From Lepidodermella squamata (Eukaryota; Animalia; Gastrotricha): a DNA stretch of 64,000 bases. The notes under the pieces are model-generated. The model had not been told where the DNA came from, made no database searches, and was given only the letters and a program-made list of their open reading frames with translations. The stretch spans positions 1,922,001 to 1,986,000 of the forward strand of contig JBLDXI010000009.1 of assembly GCA_047495785.1 (NCBI GenBank). The letters run 5' to 3'. Positions 29,709 to 42,862 of the stretch are shown here, one piece after another. The first letter of the stretch is position 1; each line of letters opens with the position of its first letter. The translations under genes and the position numbers were made by a program.

Positions 29709-30300
29709 CTAGATTCGACGGAAGCCCCAAAAACAAGAAATAAGATATTCAGTGGGGGTTAAAGGGGTTAAGAGATGGGAATTATGACTTGGAAGCTTGG
29801 GAAAGCAAACAGAGAAGCCGCTGCAAATATTATTCACGGGCTCATGTGACTTTCTATACGAAGTAACATCTTTATCGAAGAGATCTGCCTTAGCCATAAT
29901 AGCTGCTCGCATTCGATCGGTGATGTCGCTATCTATCATTCGCTTGCTGAGCGTGCGGAGAGAGTGCGGTCTGTCTAATCGGCGTTTGTGTTCCTCCTGC
30001 TCATCGCTTTCATGTTCATCGCTCGCATCATCAGAGAAGCGATTTTCATAAGTGCGTTGGTTCGTGTGGTAGTCGTAACCGTACAAATCGTCTCGCTTGC
30101 TAGCCTCGTTCCGCTCGCTATCTTCTCGCTTTCCCAGCGCGATCCGGCTGGACGGTCGTGTGTCTTCACGTTTTTCATGATCTTCTTCCTCGTTGCTTTC
30201 ATCGGCGAAGAAGTTACCAAGGGCACGGCGTTTGTCGAAAACAAGACGGCGCAAACAAGATGATGAATTTTGCAAACACAAATGAACCTAAAGCCGCCAT
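29709..30300 (-). CDS. Probable neuropeptide/prohormone precursor (5' structure unresolved)
   Basis: Acidic spacers separated by KR/KRR sites, one amidation signal (EDTRPSSRIAL-GKR). Hydrophobic signal-like segments lie immediately upstream but are not in a simple continuous frame. Confidence 0.55.
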
Positions 30301-30597
30301 TAGTTCAACAAATTTAAAGCTTTTCCGGCGTCAAGACGCCGCAAATGCCCCACGTCAAATCCCGAGGCAGAGAAAAAAGACATAATGCAAAGAACGCTTA
30401 GTGGAACCAGTGAATCCACAATTGTGTGATTGGTCGGGTGGTTTGAAGTCTGTGATTGGTTGGTTAAAAAAGCACGCGACAAGCACCTTTTAAATTTTTA
30501 TTTTTATTGCTCTTTCCAAGATGTGACTATAGTAGCGTGGATTTCATGGTTCACGCAGTGGTTGTGGCGCAAAGGACAAAGCTGATTAAGGATCAGA

Positions 30598-31235
30598 AGA
30601 TTCTGCTAAGAAAACGGATTGCACCACGAGAATCAGCGAGCTATGTTACAAAAAATAACACCGTATCAACGCATGTTACGCAATTCTACCTGCCATAACA
30701 GGGATGTCCCAAAATGGATGCACCCTGCCCACACAGTTAAAGCTGAAGTTGGCAGAAATTCTGGCAGAATGCCAACGGAAGGTGTTATCGAGGTGCGGTT
30801 TTTTTCTATCGACTAGGTATGGTCCATAACAATGGATAACAAAAATGAAGTCAATCGGATAAGTGGAAGTGTATTCTGCTGGAATCCTTCGGTTAACTTA
30901 AATGCAGTCATTTCATGTTGGGAAGTCTATAAATCTTGTGCTGTGCAAGGTGAGAGCGACCTAATTTATCCTGCAGCTTTCTCTGCAAGCAAAATACATT
31001 ATCCCTCTCTTGTTCCTCCTGTCAGAAGGCGCTGCTGTATCGATGATAGTGATGGTGCAATGTTTGCCCTCTGAAGAGTTTCGCCGCTTAGTGTGAAGAA
31101 AGGAAGATGATTACAGATATTCCCCGAGCCATTGAACATTGGGGATTCGGCTAGCCGCGTTTGCACCATTGAGCGTCAGCTCCCCTGCTTCAACTACCTA
31201 TCGACAGTACATTGCGCAAAAAAGCTTCCCTGGTT
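30598..31235 (-). mobile_element. Dispersed repeat copy B (inverted relative to copy A)
   Basis: Reverse complement matches 14762-15410; ends in GCTTCCCTGgtt and is followed by a second related terminus at ~31245-31284. Confidence 0.75.
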
Positions 31236-32126
31236 TAACTAGGTACCTATCGACAATAAAATGCGTAATAAATTCAGGCCCCTGGTCCGCGATAGCATAG
31301 CATGTCGTTTGTGAAAAAAAGCATGTCTGCAGTGTTCCCGCCCTAAAACATCAACGCAAGTTATGAGAAGTTTATTTTCTAGGACGCCAATGGTGAAGGT
31401 ACTCCAGACGCTACTCTCATGGCTACTCTGGCACGTTTTTTCAGAGAAAACTTCAGTTCCTATCAGTCAGTTGGTCAGCAGAACACGAAAAACGAGAAAC
31501 AAACCGGAAAATGTTGCTAAAATATGCGGCAAATTTAAGCTACAAAATTCATTTCAAATTACATATTTTTTAAAAAATCAGAAAATTCTAATTTATTTTT
31601 AAGTTTTTATATTTTCTATGCTAAAAAATCGTTTTGTAAAATTTTCAAAATTTTGGCGCAACCATTCAAAATTGTTGCTGTTTTTATATTGACCGTGTTC
31701 TGCTTCATCAATGACTCACATCTTGAGTTCCTTGAGGTTTTAGATTATCTGATCTTTTATGTTTCTTATACTCTGTATTTCTATTATTCTTGCTCGCCGT
31801 TCAGTTGCCAGCTTTTCGCTGTCATGAAGTATAGGGTGCGCATATTGCTAATTTCTAATCCATCTACGACTCATGGTTGAAAGATTAGGATATCCTTGTA
31901 ATTTGAGATTCCTTGATGTTTCGTTAGTGGCAACTGCAAGCTCTTATTCCATGTCTGTTATTTTGCCAGTTCATTGCACTTATCATTAATTTTTTATGCC
32001 ACTGTTGTTGGCAGTTGGTGATATTTTCGTAAGCTCATATTTGATATTTGAATTTTAGGTTTTCTTATGACTCACAGCTCATGAGAATTTTGTGATATTC
32101 CGTTGGTCAAACTGCATCGTGCAGCA

Positions 32127-35100
32127 ATGCTCACGCGCTTCTACGCGTTGGTTGTTTGCCTTCTTCTGCCGGTTAACTTGGTCGCCGAAAATTGGAGGGG
32201 GCTCGATATCAAGTTGAATGAAACCTTCCAGGGCATCGTCGAAGTGTTTGGAAAGGGTAAAGATCCGCGTTATTTCTACACGATTGTGGATGCGAAACCT
32301 AGCGCTCAGCCCTTCCGTCTTAACAAGTACAGTGGAGCTCTGGAGGTGTTGCCCAAGGGATTCGATTATGATAAAGGGCCGGAATTCCGTCATTATTATT
32401 TGCGGATCCAAGTTACATCTCAATCCGATAAAACAAGTAATACATGATTTGCTATTGGTATATTCATGTTATTATTTAATTGTGCTCTGTCATAGTGAAC
32501 GATACTTTCCCAGTCAAGATAGAAGTTCTGGATGTCAACGACAAACCGCCGGCATTTGTGAATGAGCCTCGCGTGTTGATGGCCAGCATAGCTGCGACTG
32601 CTGCCGTGGGTTCCTTTGTCTTCCAGCTGAATGCAACTGACCCAGATACTACCGCAATGATCCACTACTTCCTCACAGATTTTGTTGCTAAAGGTAAGTA
32701 GAGCTTTTATTTGCTTATCTGTCTCAAGTTATTAATTATTCAGGGAGATTTGTCATCGACCCTTCATCCGGCATCATCCGCCTGGGTCGTGTTGGATCGT
32801 TAAGTAGTACTGCGGGAACGCGGTATGAGTTAGAGGTCGAAGCCAGAGATGTCAGGGGAGAAGTTAACAACCCACAAATCGCGAAATCACGGCTTGTCGT
32901 GATCGTTGGTCCAGCGAAGCCACAGTTCTTTGAACCGAGAATGTCCATCAATTTCAACGAAAAGCAACCTGCTAATACACTGTAAGATTGTTTCTTGAAA
33001 ATTGTCCTTTAATTAGTTTGTTCGGTTTATTTAGGGCGTGGACAGTTAGAGCCAAGTCGTTTCAGCAGCAGTCTCTCAGCTACACAATGACAGGCTCGTC
33101 AGCAGCGATGTCCGCTTTCTCTCTTGATGCAGCAACTGGTGCTGTAAGATGCACGCGTCTTCTAAATTTCGATAACATCACGGAACCTCGATATTACAAC
33201 TTTACTGTTTCTGCAACTGAACTTGGACCACCTGGTTTAACTGCGTCGGCGCCCTTAGTTATCAAGTTAGCCGATGTTAATGACCACCCGCCAGTATTTC
33301 AGTTATCAGACTTTAATCTCGATCCGATCCGTGAAGATGCGCTTCTTGATCAAACTCTGTTCACATTCGAGGCTACGGACGCGGATTCTGACGAAAACGG
33401 CCAAATTTCTTATCAGTTGATTCCAGATTTAGATTTGGCTTCTAAATTCGGTCACGCGGACGATTCCGGCAGTTTCACAGTTGTTAAGCAAACTGGAGAG
33501 CTAAAGCCAGTGTTACCCCTAGATTACGATCGCACCCCGAGTCGGGCATATTGGTTCCGTGTTTCTGCTTTTGATTTGAATCCGAACAAGTCTCTTTCAA
33601 CTACCGCCAGAGTTAGAGTTCCTTTGCTCAACGTCAATGACGAACATCCGGAATTTTTGGTAGACAACGTGAATGAAGGTTTTGAAACCTATTTGATGGA
33701 AGATGCCCCAGCGTCAAAAAATATTGTCGTTGGCGTCGTGCGTACCGACGATCCTGATGGTGACAACGTATTTTATGGCATCGTTAATTTTGCAACGATT
33801 CCCAGCGCACGTGAGTATTTTTTAGTTAATTACTTTGTAATGCTTCTTCTTCCATGTTCTGGCACTCTATCGCCGCAGGTGAATAGCATGTAGTGAGATC
33901 TTGAAATGCGTCAGTAAGAGTAGCATCATGCTTTATGATACCTGTGGTAGAAGTGGTGGTGGTGGTGGTAGTGATATATGGCCTTGGTGGGAACTGCCGA
34001 CGACGGACAACGCGAAGGTATTTGCAGCAACCGCATTGTAGCATGTATATTTGCCAACGCACACTTTGTGCAGCGTAAATTTAAGCGCGGCATTTACTAC
34101 ATCTAGAGTTATGTTTGATCTGATTGTGTAAGCGTGCGATATACGCTAGCCCGATCTTCTATTGTGTCGCACTGCTCTATTGAGCTTGCATTGTCCATGT
34201 TTATGCTTGCGCGACGTTATGTTTATACGTATCTCACGATTATGAGCGCGAAACGACCTGGCAAACCTGAAATTAAATTAGAAGGGATGTTATGATAATA
34301 ATTAACCGCGTCGAGAAACAATGGCGCCGTTGTAAAGACTGCTGTTTTATGACCTGACTCGCGTGAAAATAATCATAATAATTATTTTTATTTAGGTGCG
34401 AACGAGTTGCCTTTTGCCATCGATCGTGTCAGCGGCTTCATTCGTCAGGTCCGACCGTTGGCTCCAGGTGTTTCCGCCTACGTGCTCAATGTGTCGGCTG
34501 AGGATGACGGCTCGTGCTGCGACCAGCCGGTTAAAAACTCGCGCCACGTCAATTACACCAAATTCATTATCAATATTCAAGACGTGAATAACAATCGGCC
34601 AAAACTTGACTGCAGTGCTTGCAACGGAACTGCAATTAAAGAGGGCCAGTATGCTAATGAGACTATTTGTAAACTGAAAGCCACCGATGGCGATCTTGGC
34701 GATAACGGAATGGTTCGGTTTTCGTTACGCGGGAAGGATTTCTTCACCGTTGACCCGGAAACCGGTTCCGTTTCCGTTGTAAATGCTAATTTGGATCGCG
34801 AGAAAATGGACGGTCGCCATTGGATATACCTAACCGGTATTGCCGAAGACGATGGTAAACCTCGCCTAAGCGATTACTGCAGTTTCCAAATAACGGTTTG
34901 TGTAAAAGAAAAACTGATGAACTGTTTGAAATGACCTGAAAAATAATAGATTGAGGACGCTAATGATAACAAGCCGATGCTTGATCTTCCGCTCGATTAC
35001 AATTTTTATGTCGGCAGTCTGTCTCCGGGCACTATAGTCGCAGTTCTGTCTGCCATTGATAAAGATACCGGACCTAATGGACAGGTAAATAATCGAATTC

Positions 35101-38100
35101 ACGTCAGATTTTCTTTAAGCTGAGTTTTATAGGTCAGCTTCTTCGTCGAACCGTCGTCACAACTTGTCAATTTCTTCGTGATTGAGTCCAGCCCTGAGCA
35201 AAACTCGGGTGTTGTGAAAATCACAGATGGAGTTGATGAGCTGCAATTGCAGCGCTTGGCTGGTTCAAAGCGGAAACTTGTACTTCCGCTGATTTTACGC
35301 GATCACGGAATGCCGGAGTTGTCAACGAACGTCTCAATTAACATCCAGCTGAGTACTGGCGGTGAATTGCGACCAGTTTGGGACGAACAGCAAAGCTCAA
35401 TCGTTCTCGCGATTAACGAAACAACGCAACCTGGGTTCACTATTGCAAGTTTAACCGCTCGAGTTCCGGGCCACGATGGCAGCATTCGTTATTTGATTCC
35501 GACTCGTGACACGAATCCAAACGAATTTTCAAAGCGTATTCCGTTTTGGTACGAAACGGAAAGTACGGGAAGTAAATCTGTACGGATTTACCTCTACAGT
35601 CCTGTGAATGCCGAAGTCAAAGACCGATACGTGTTTTCAGTCAGAGCAACGGTATGTGATGTTAAGATATCATTTTTGAGTTATCCGCTTTCCAAATTTT
35701 GATTGCTTTTACGAGTTACCCATTTGATTTTGATCCTCAATTGATCCCTTGTGTTGAATGCTAGTCCGCCTGTGTTGCGTGCCGAGAAACGGATTGGCGT
35801 GGCATTTACGTGGTAAGGCCGTAGTGTTGTGCTACCTACCCCGTACCCTTTGTACAATAACCCGGCCCTCGTGTGCCATCTGGCCATTTATTAATAACCC
35901 GAGGCGTGAAATTTGATTTGCCGCTTGGTAGACAGGGAAAGCACGCCATTTAACGGCACGATAGTTTAGACGGCAAAGTAGGCCGCTGTTGCTACTATAG
36001 ATATGTTTTATTGCCCCATTTTGTTCGCTTGAAATAATTAATTACTGCCTCGCGAGTCGTTTGCTCAGCGACGCCCGAGGCTGTGTCGATTAATAACTAC
36101 TTTGTTGCGGCACTTTTTCCACGTCAAGCTTGGATCTATGGGCGCGTTTTGTTTTCGGGCGCGGCGGCTGTTGCTTATAACAAAACGGCGAATGACGTTG
36201 TTTGAGATTTGTCTGGCACCACAGTACTTGTCATGTTTACCGCGCATGTGCCGGGCGATGAAAAGAACACATCACATGTGGAGTAAAGATTCCGCGCGCG
36301 CGCTTATTGTTTGTGTGTCAAACAAGTGAGTGCCGAAGCCACTAAGTAGAGCCGGAGTGGAAATATTTTGAAGCCGGACCCGTTCCTAGTTTCATGAACA
36401 GCTGAATATGTCACATACTTACCTACATGTCGTCATGCTGCTTTGTTGGCTTGAATTTCTGCGCAGCAGCGACAACTAATGTGTTTATTCAACGCTTTAC
36501 CTCCATATTATATCGCGATATGTATATCTGGTTTGTATGTGTATAAATATGTTTGCCGTTTTTGTTTACCTCAACAGAGCTCGCAAAGTCAGCTGTCGAT
36601 TGACCGCCTTATCAATATCACTATCCTCGACGTGAACGACGAGGTGCCGTTTTTTCTCAACACCGATCCCGACAACAACTGTTATTACGGAAGTTTCCCG
36701 GAAAACCCTCTTAACGTCGGTATCCTGGTAGCAACGGCAAGAGCGGACGACCTTGATACGACAGCCCCTAACAACGTCATTTCACGCTACGAACTGCGCT
36801 ACACTGATGAAGAGGATGCCGGTCAGTTCCTTGTAACTATAGTATCATGACGTGAGAAAACCACTTCCGGCTAAACGTGTATAACAACGAGTTAACTTGA
36901 GAGGAAAAACAACAACACTCGTAACGCGTAAACAAAACAGCAGTTGAGATATGAAATCGGAAGAAAAAAATAGAAATTTGAAAGGAAATGCGATGAGATT
37001 AAAAAAATCAAATTCCAACTTAATAATTATAATATTTCCAAATATTAATTTTTGTAATGATTTCAATTTCAGGTAAATTCGTCATCGATCCTAAAACCGG
37101 GGAAATCAGAACAAACAGCACTGATTTCGATTTTGAAAAGAAGCAGTTGTATTCGATACGTATTGTGGCTTTTGACGGTGCTCCAAGTCCTCTGAATGGC
37201 TACACTGGCCCAAATGTCGGTGAAACGTTCCTTCGAATTCAAATTTTGGATGTCAACGACAACCCTCCTCAATTTTCGAACACGACCATTGACGGCGTGA
37301 TTGAGGAGCATGCGCCGCGTGGCACCAAAGTCCTGCAAGTTACGGCGAACGACCCTGATCAATGGGACGAATTGCAATACGAAATAATGTCGGGCGATCC
37401 TCAAGGCGTTTTCATCGTCAAAGGCGACGCAATTTACGTTAATAATCCGCTGAAATTGAATGCTGATATGGTCGATAAATACAGTTTGGTTTACCGAGCA
37501 TTCGACAACCAATTTTCAGCGTTCATTAATGTAACGATTCGAGTCACGAATGTAGTCGACGAGCCGCCGAGTTTCGTTCAGAAGTTGTACACAACGCAGC
37601 CTATCGTTGAGAATGACCCATCGAATCGATTCCTAGTCAAAGTTGATGCGATGAGTAAGGAAAACTCAACTCTTCGTTTTTCGCTAGTCGGCGATCAATC
37701 GTCTCATTTTTCGAGTGTGAATAATGAAATTTCGTTGTCGAGACCGCTTGACCATGACATTTTGACTGGTGGCCATCCGAAATACTCGTTCAATGTCGAA
37801 GCTTATGATAACGAGGGAAGGCAACTAGGCCTTTTCGGTAGTGCTGTGGTCGAAGTCCCAGTCGTAGATATCAACGACAACGCGCCCGTTTTCCTGCAAG
37901 ATACCCTTGTTGGCGAGGTGAAAGAGGGCCTCACCGAAATTCAGACTGTACTTCGGGTGGCGGCAATTGACGCTGATGCTGGTCAAAACGCGGAAATAAC
38001 CTACAAATTAGCCACTCAGCAGAACCCGGCAAAATTCGAGTTGGACGAGCGAAGTGGATCACTGCGGACTGTTTTCGGCTCGAAATTCGAACGAGCTAGT

Positions 38101-41100
38101 CCTCCTAGCCCAATATTGCTGACTGTCGTTGCTAGTGACCGTGGCTCCCCGTCACTTTCTACCACCGAAACACTAACGATTAGTGTTGTAGATATCAATA
38201 ACCACTCACCGAAATGCTCGATCCCAGAGCAGAATATTGAGATGTTTGAAGATGCGTCCTCCGAAATCCCGATCGCTATGGTGGCTGCGACTGACAACGA
38301 CGACCCGGATTCGCCGAATGGAATGTTGGATTTCATGCTGGACGAGGAATCTCAATCAATGTTCACTCTATCAACCAGCGAAAATGTCGCTTATATCTAT
38401 CCGAAACCTGACGCGGTTGATTACGAGCAGTTGAGCTTGAATCAACGGACGAGAGATCCTCGTATCGACCTAAAAATTACTGTCCTAGACCGAGGATCTC
38501 CGGCGATGGCGGCGGCGACTTGTCGAGTTATCGTCACGGTTAGGAATGCTAACGATAACCCACCACTTTTTTCGCCGTCTATGGACCAGATTTCCATTCG
38601 AGAAAACTTGGCTTTAAGATCCGTGGTATATCAAAATTTCTCGGTCAAAGATGGCGATTCTAGCTCTGGTAAATTCACGTACCGTATCGTTGAATCGACG
38701 AATCTGCGGAGGCAGTTTGACATTTCGCCAGATTCGCAACATACAAATCGTCCGGTTGTTACATTAGTCGAACGACTTGACCGCGAGACAGTGCCTGATT
38801 ACCGGCTTGAAATTCTCGCCATCGACGACCAATCGCCGGAAATGACTGGAACTGCCACGTTGTCTATTGTTTTGATCGATGTCAATAACCACCCACCTCA
38901 TTTGGCGCCGCTCGATTCACCGGCCATTGTTGTTGAGCGGACTTCGATCGACCCATCACTAGTAATCGCTACCTTGAAAGCTGAAGACCCTGATACACCG
39001 GCCTCAAACGGGAACGCATTTGGCTTTGAACTCGACTGTCAATCAGATCCGGCGATTTGCGACCAATTTACGTTGGATTACGATTATACTGGATCAACGG
39101 CCCGTGTTTATGTAAAAGCCCAAGCTAAACAGTTCAATCGAGCTATGAAGTCGAGCTATCAACTTCCGATTGTCGTTTGGGACAACGCGGTTAAAGGCGG
39201 CAAAACGTCTGCGTCCTTGTCTTATCGGGATTATTTAACAGTAATAGTCGCCGGGGGTGATTACTACCCTCATAAATCTGCCCATAAAGAAATTTCAGTC
39301 ATGCTATACACCGATTGGCTGAGGAGGCCTGAGTTTGAATGGATCGCTGTTGGCCGGCCGTTCGCTCAAGACAACGATGACATGGACTTTCAGTACAAAC
39401 AGTTCAAAATCACCCGTAGCTCTAACACTTCAGTTGTTGGGTTCAAGCCTGATAACGGGCAAATCATGCTTTACGCGCCCAAAGTTCAACCTGGCACTTA
39501 CGAGCTGCAATTTCGAATTGTCGACGATAAATTGAACGTGGAGGCAGATTCTAGTGTTACAATCAACGTCGAAATTTTGCCGCAAAGTTTTCTATCCGGC
39601 GCTCATTCCCTTCGACTCAATGGTCTATCGTCCTTTCAAGTCGTTAGTGCTGGTGAGAGTTATTTGAAAACACCCGCGCGGGCTAAGCGAGACGTGTCCT
39701 CTGCATCGGCCAGCAGCCGTTTGTTCCGCCTGAGAAACACGATTGCCGCAATTTTGAATATCGACGTTGATTATGTGACAATGCTTTCGGTTTCCGACGT
39801 TGCGGCTGTACCTGGCTATTTACCGAATGGCCCAAGATCGCCAGCCATTGACGTGTTTTTCACGATTTCTGACCAAACTGGAAATGCTGACCCGAAATTC
39901 AGCCGCGATTTTGTATCCTCTAAGCTATTGGCAAAGAAACGCCAAATTGAGGAGGCTGTCGATGTTGAAATCAGCGGCGCGCCCGGTGACGCCTGCAGCC
40001 CTGACCCACTGTCTGTTTGCCCGAATTCCGACTCGTGCTTCACAACTATCCAGCTGGACGATACGAGCCCGTTGATGATCGACGCGAATGCAACTTCTTT
40101 CATCAGTGTTAGACTGTCAATGGCCCCGGCTTGCAGCGGTTGCCCGGCTGCTTCGGCGATCGAGTCTGTCAAAACTTGTAGCTGTATCGCGGGTCGCGGG
40201 ACCTGCTTGATCGACACCCACCCATCAGGTTGCTCCTGCACCGCGCCTTTCGACGGACCTCGCTGTGAAATGACTTCACGCTCATTCCAATGGCCGGGTG
40301 GTGGCTATGTAGTATTGCCTTTGAAGCCATTCCCAACTGCGTGTAATTCCGGAACATTCAAAATGGAAATTCTCCCGAATCAAACCAGTACCGATACTTT
40401 GGTGATGTTCCTCGGCGCAACTTGGTTGTTGCCTAATGCGACGAATTGTCCGTTTTTGATGCTCGAGATCATTTCTGGCCAGCCGCAGTTGACTATAGAC
40501 CTCTGCTCGGCTTCCACCCAAACGCCGACAGTCATGCGTTTGGGAAATATCGGAGACGCACTGGCACCTGGGCGATCTTTCCGGCTGGAGGTTACGTGGT
40601 CAGGGGCTAAATTCACTATGATGTCACCAGATTGCCGAAGCCCGTGCGCTGTCACTGCTGTTGTACCCGGCCCGGCTCGTCTGTTGACCGGCACGAGTGT
40701 TGTACTGCTCGGCGGGAAGCCTTTACCCGGAGAATTCCGGCTCAACGAGATCGCTCAACTAAAGCAAACCCGCTCAATCAATTTTTCAGGCTGTTTACGC
40801 AACTTGTGGATCAACAATGAATTGTACGATTTGTGGCTCGATGGCATGGACGCGGCGTACGGTCGAACTGTGCCTGGCTGTCCCAACTCGTTTTTGGCGT
40901 GTAACGCTGATTCGACAACTACGAAACCTGCTCAATCCGTCACCACGTCGATAATGGACGCTAGAAACGCTGTACCCCCGACCAGTATGCAATGCAACAA
41001 CCCGACGCTGAGTCAGTGCGCATCCGGGGCTAATCGACCGGCCTTCTGCCGATGCAAACCAGGCCATTCGGGTAAATTCTGCGAAAGCGACCCCGTTCCG

Positions 41101-42862
41101 TTCAGTTTCGGCCCGCAGAGCTTTATTCGCTGGGAAATGCAGCCGAGTGGGGTCAGCATTCAGTCCGCCTACATCGAAATTCAAGTTTCTTTCCGGAGCC
41201 GCGATCCGAACGGAATTTTAATCTGGCTCGACTCGGCTCAACTTTTGAGCCAGCAAGTTATGAGCAGGCGCCGGATAAACGAACCCGATCACGTTGCTCT
41301 GCTCATCTCTAGCGGTCATCTGGCTGCGAAAATTCAGTTGCCGCCGATGAAAGAATCCGATTCAATTTACTACCGTTCGCTTGACTCGCCTAGTGTTATA
41401 GACGGCGATTGGCACACGGCGTTTCTGACGGTTGATTTCGTGGCGTGCTCGCTTCGCATGAAGCTGAACCACGGCCAGGGCGCATTGCACAACATGATGT
41501 GGCCGTTGCCTGACTCGGTTTGCAGCTCAACATCGCGCGGCCCTGTTTTCCTCCTCGGACCTGCCGGGTTTTGGTACGCCGGCGGTCGGCCTGATGTTGT
41601 TGGATCGGAGGATCTGCAACTCGACAACGCGTGTATGCAAGATGTCAGAATCAACGGCTATATACTCCCGATGTCAGCATCTGAGACGATCAGCCCACTG
41701 GCCAAATTCGTGGATTCGCAGGGTGTCTCTGGCGGATGTTCAGCCGTTCCGTTATCACCGGCGCCTCTAGACTGTTCGGTGGTGTCTTGCCCATCAAACG
41801 CGCAATGTGTCACCGAATGGCGTCAGGTCAGCTGTTCATGCCCAGCTGGACTCGTACCAATGGTGGCTGGTCGCGATCTAGCTCAGTGCCCCGTTAGCTT
41901 AGGGTTAGACGTCTGTAACTGGTCGCCTAATGAAATCGCCTACAGCCAGGCGCCTTGTGTCTACGGAGTCTGTTTGACCAACCCCCAGTCTAACGGGTCT
42001 TACTGCCAGTGCTTCGACGGCTATTACGGCGCGAGGTGTTTACCGCCCGGCGGCGTTGCTATCGAATCTCCCGAGAAGAGCCGTAAAGGCCCGGACGGGC
42101 TGCAAATCGCCGCTATCATCGTCCCGATTGTCGTTGGCATATGCCTGGTTATCATTCTGGTCTGGTTCATCTGCGCCATTTCGTCGAAGCGCCGCGCTCA
42201 GCAAAAAGCGGCAGCACTCGGCATCAACGGCCCGGGCAATATGTCGAGCGTATCTGAGGCTGAGTTGCTAGCTGATGCCGTACTCGGCCAATCGATGGCG
42301 CCTGTCGATAACGACGCCGCCGGTGAGGAGGACGTCGACCTGGGTGCGTATGACCTGTCACGACTGAAAGCTGCCATCATTGAAAAGCAGCGGTCTGCCA
42401 TGGCGCTTCAACAGCAACAACAATTGCAGCAAATGCGAGCTAGTAACCCGCAGCTGATGACTCTAGCACCCGGGGTAACCATGCCGCCGCCTTATGTGTC
42501 TGTCGTAGGCGATCTAGACCGAATGCTAGCTGCTAGATTAGCTGCAGCGGACATTGCTTTGGAGCAGCCGAGCTCTCTAGCTGGTAAATTTGCTATCGAT
42601 ATTTTTAGAATCGAGCTAAAATGCTTGGCATAGTCCTACTTAATAATTGTTATTTTCTGTGTTTTAATGATTTTTTTTCTATTTTTTAGCTTCCAGACCA
42701 GGTATGCCGATGTCAGGCGGGTCAACCGATGATGACTTATCGCTGACTGGCACCGACGACGGTGATAACGCGGGTGAGGCTAACCTCGACCTTAGCTTCC
42801 TAGCTCGTCTCGGCGGTCCGTACGCTCACCTCACCAAACAGATGGGTGTCGACACAAGCTGA
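32127..42862 (+). CDS. Long invertebrate classical cadherin (DN-cadherin/type III-like): EC repeats, non-chordate domain, EGF-LamG-EGF-LamG-EGF, TM, catenin-binding tail
   Basis: Exons 32127-32436, 32496-32693, 32744-32981, 33035-33810, 34396-34895, 34950-35084, 35133-35651, 36578-36821, 37073-42583, 42690-42862. Repeated DVNDxxP, DxD and LDRE motifs; juxtamembrane GEED; C-terminal FLARLGGPYAHL. Confidence 0.92.

Noticed and set aside
36843-36851. 9-nt microexon TATCATGAC in a cadherin intron
   Set aside because: The upstream intron would be only 21 nt and the exon introduces a stop.
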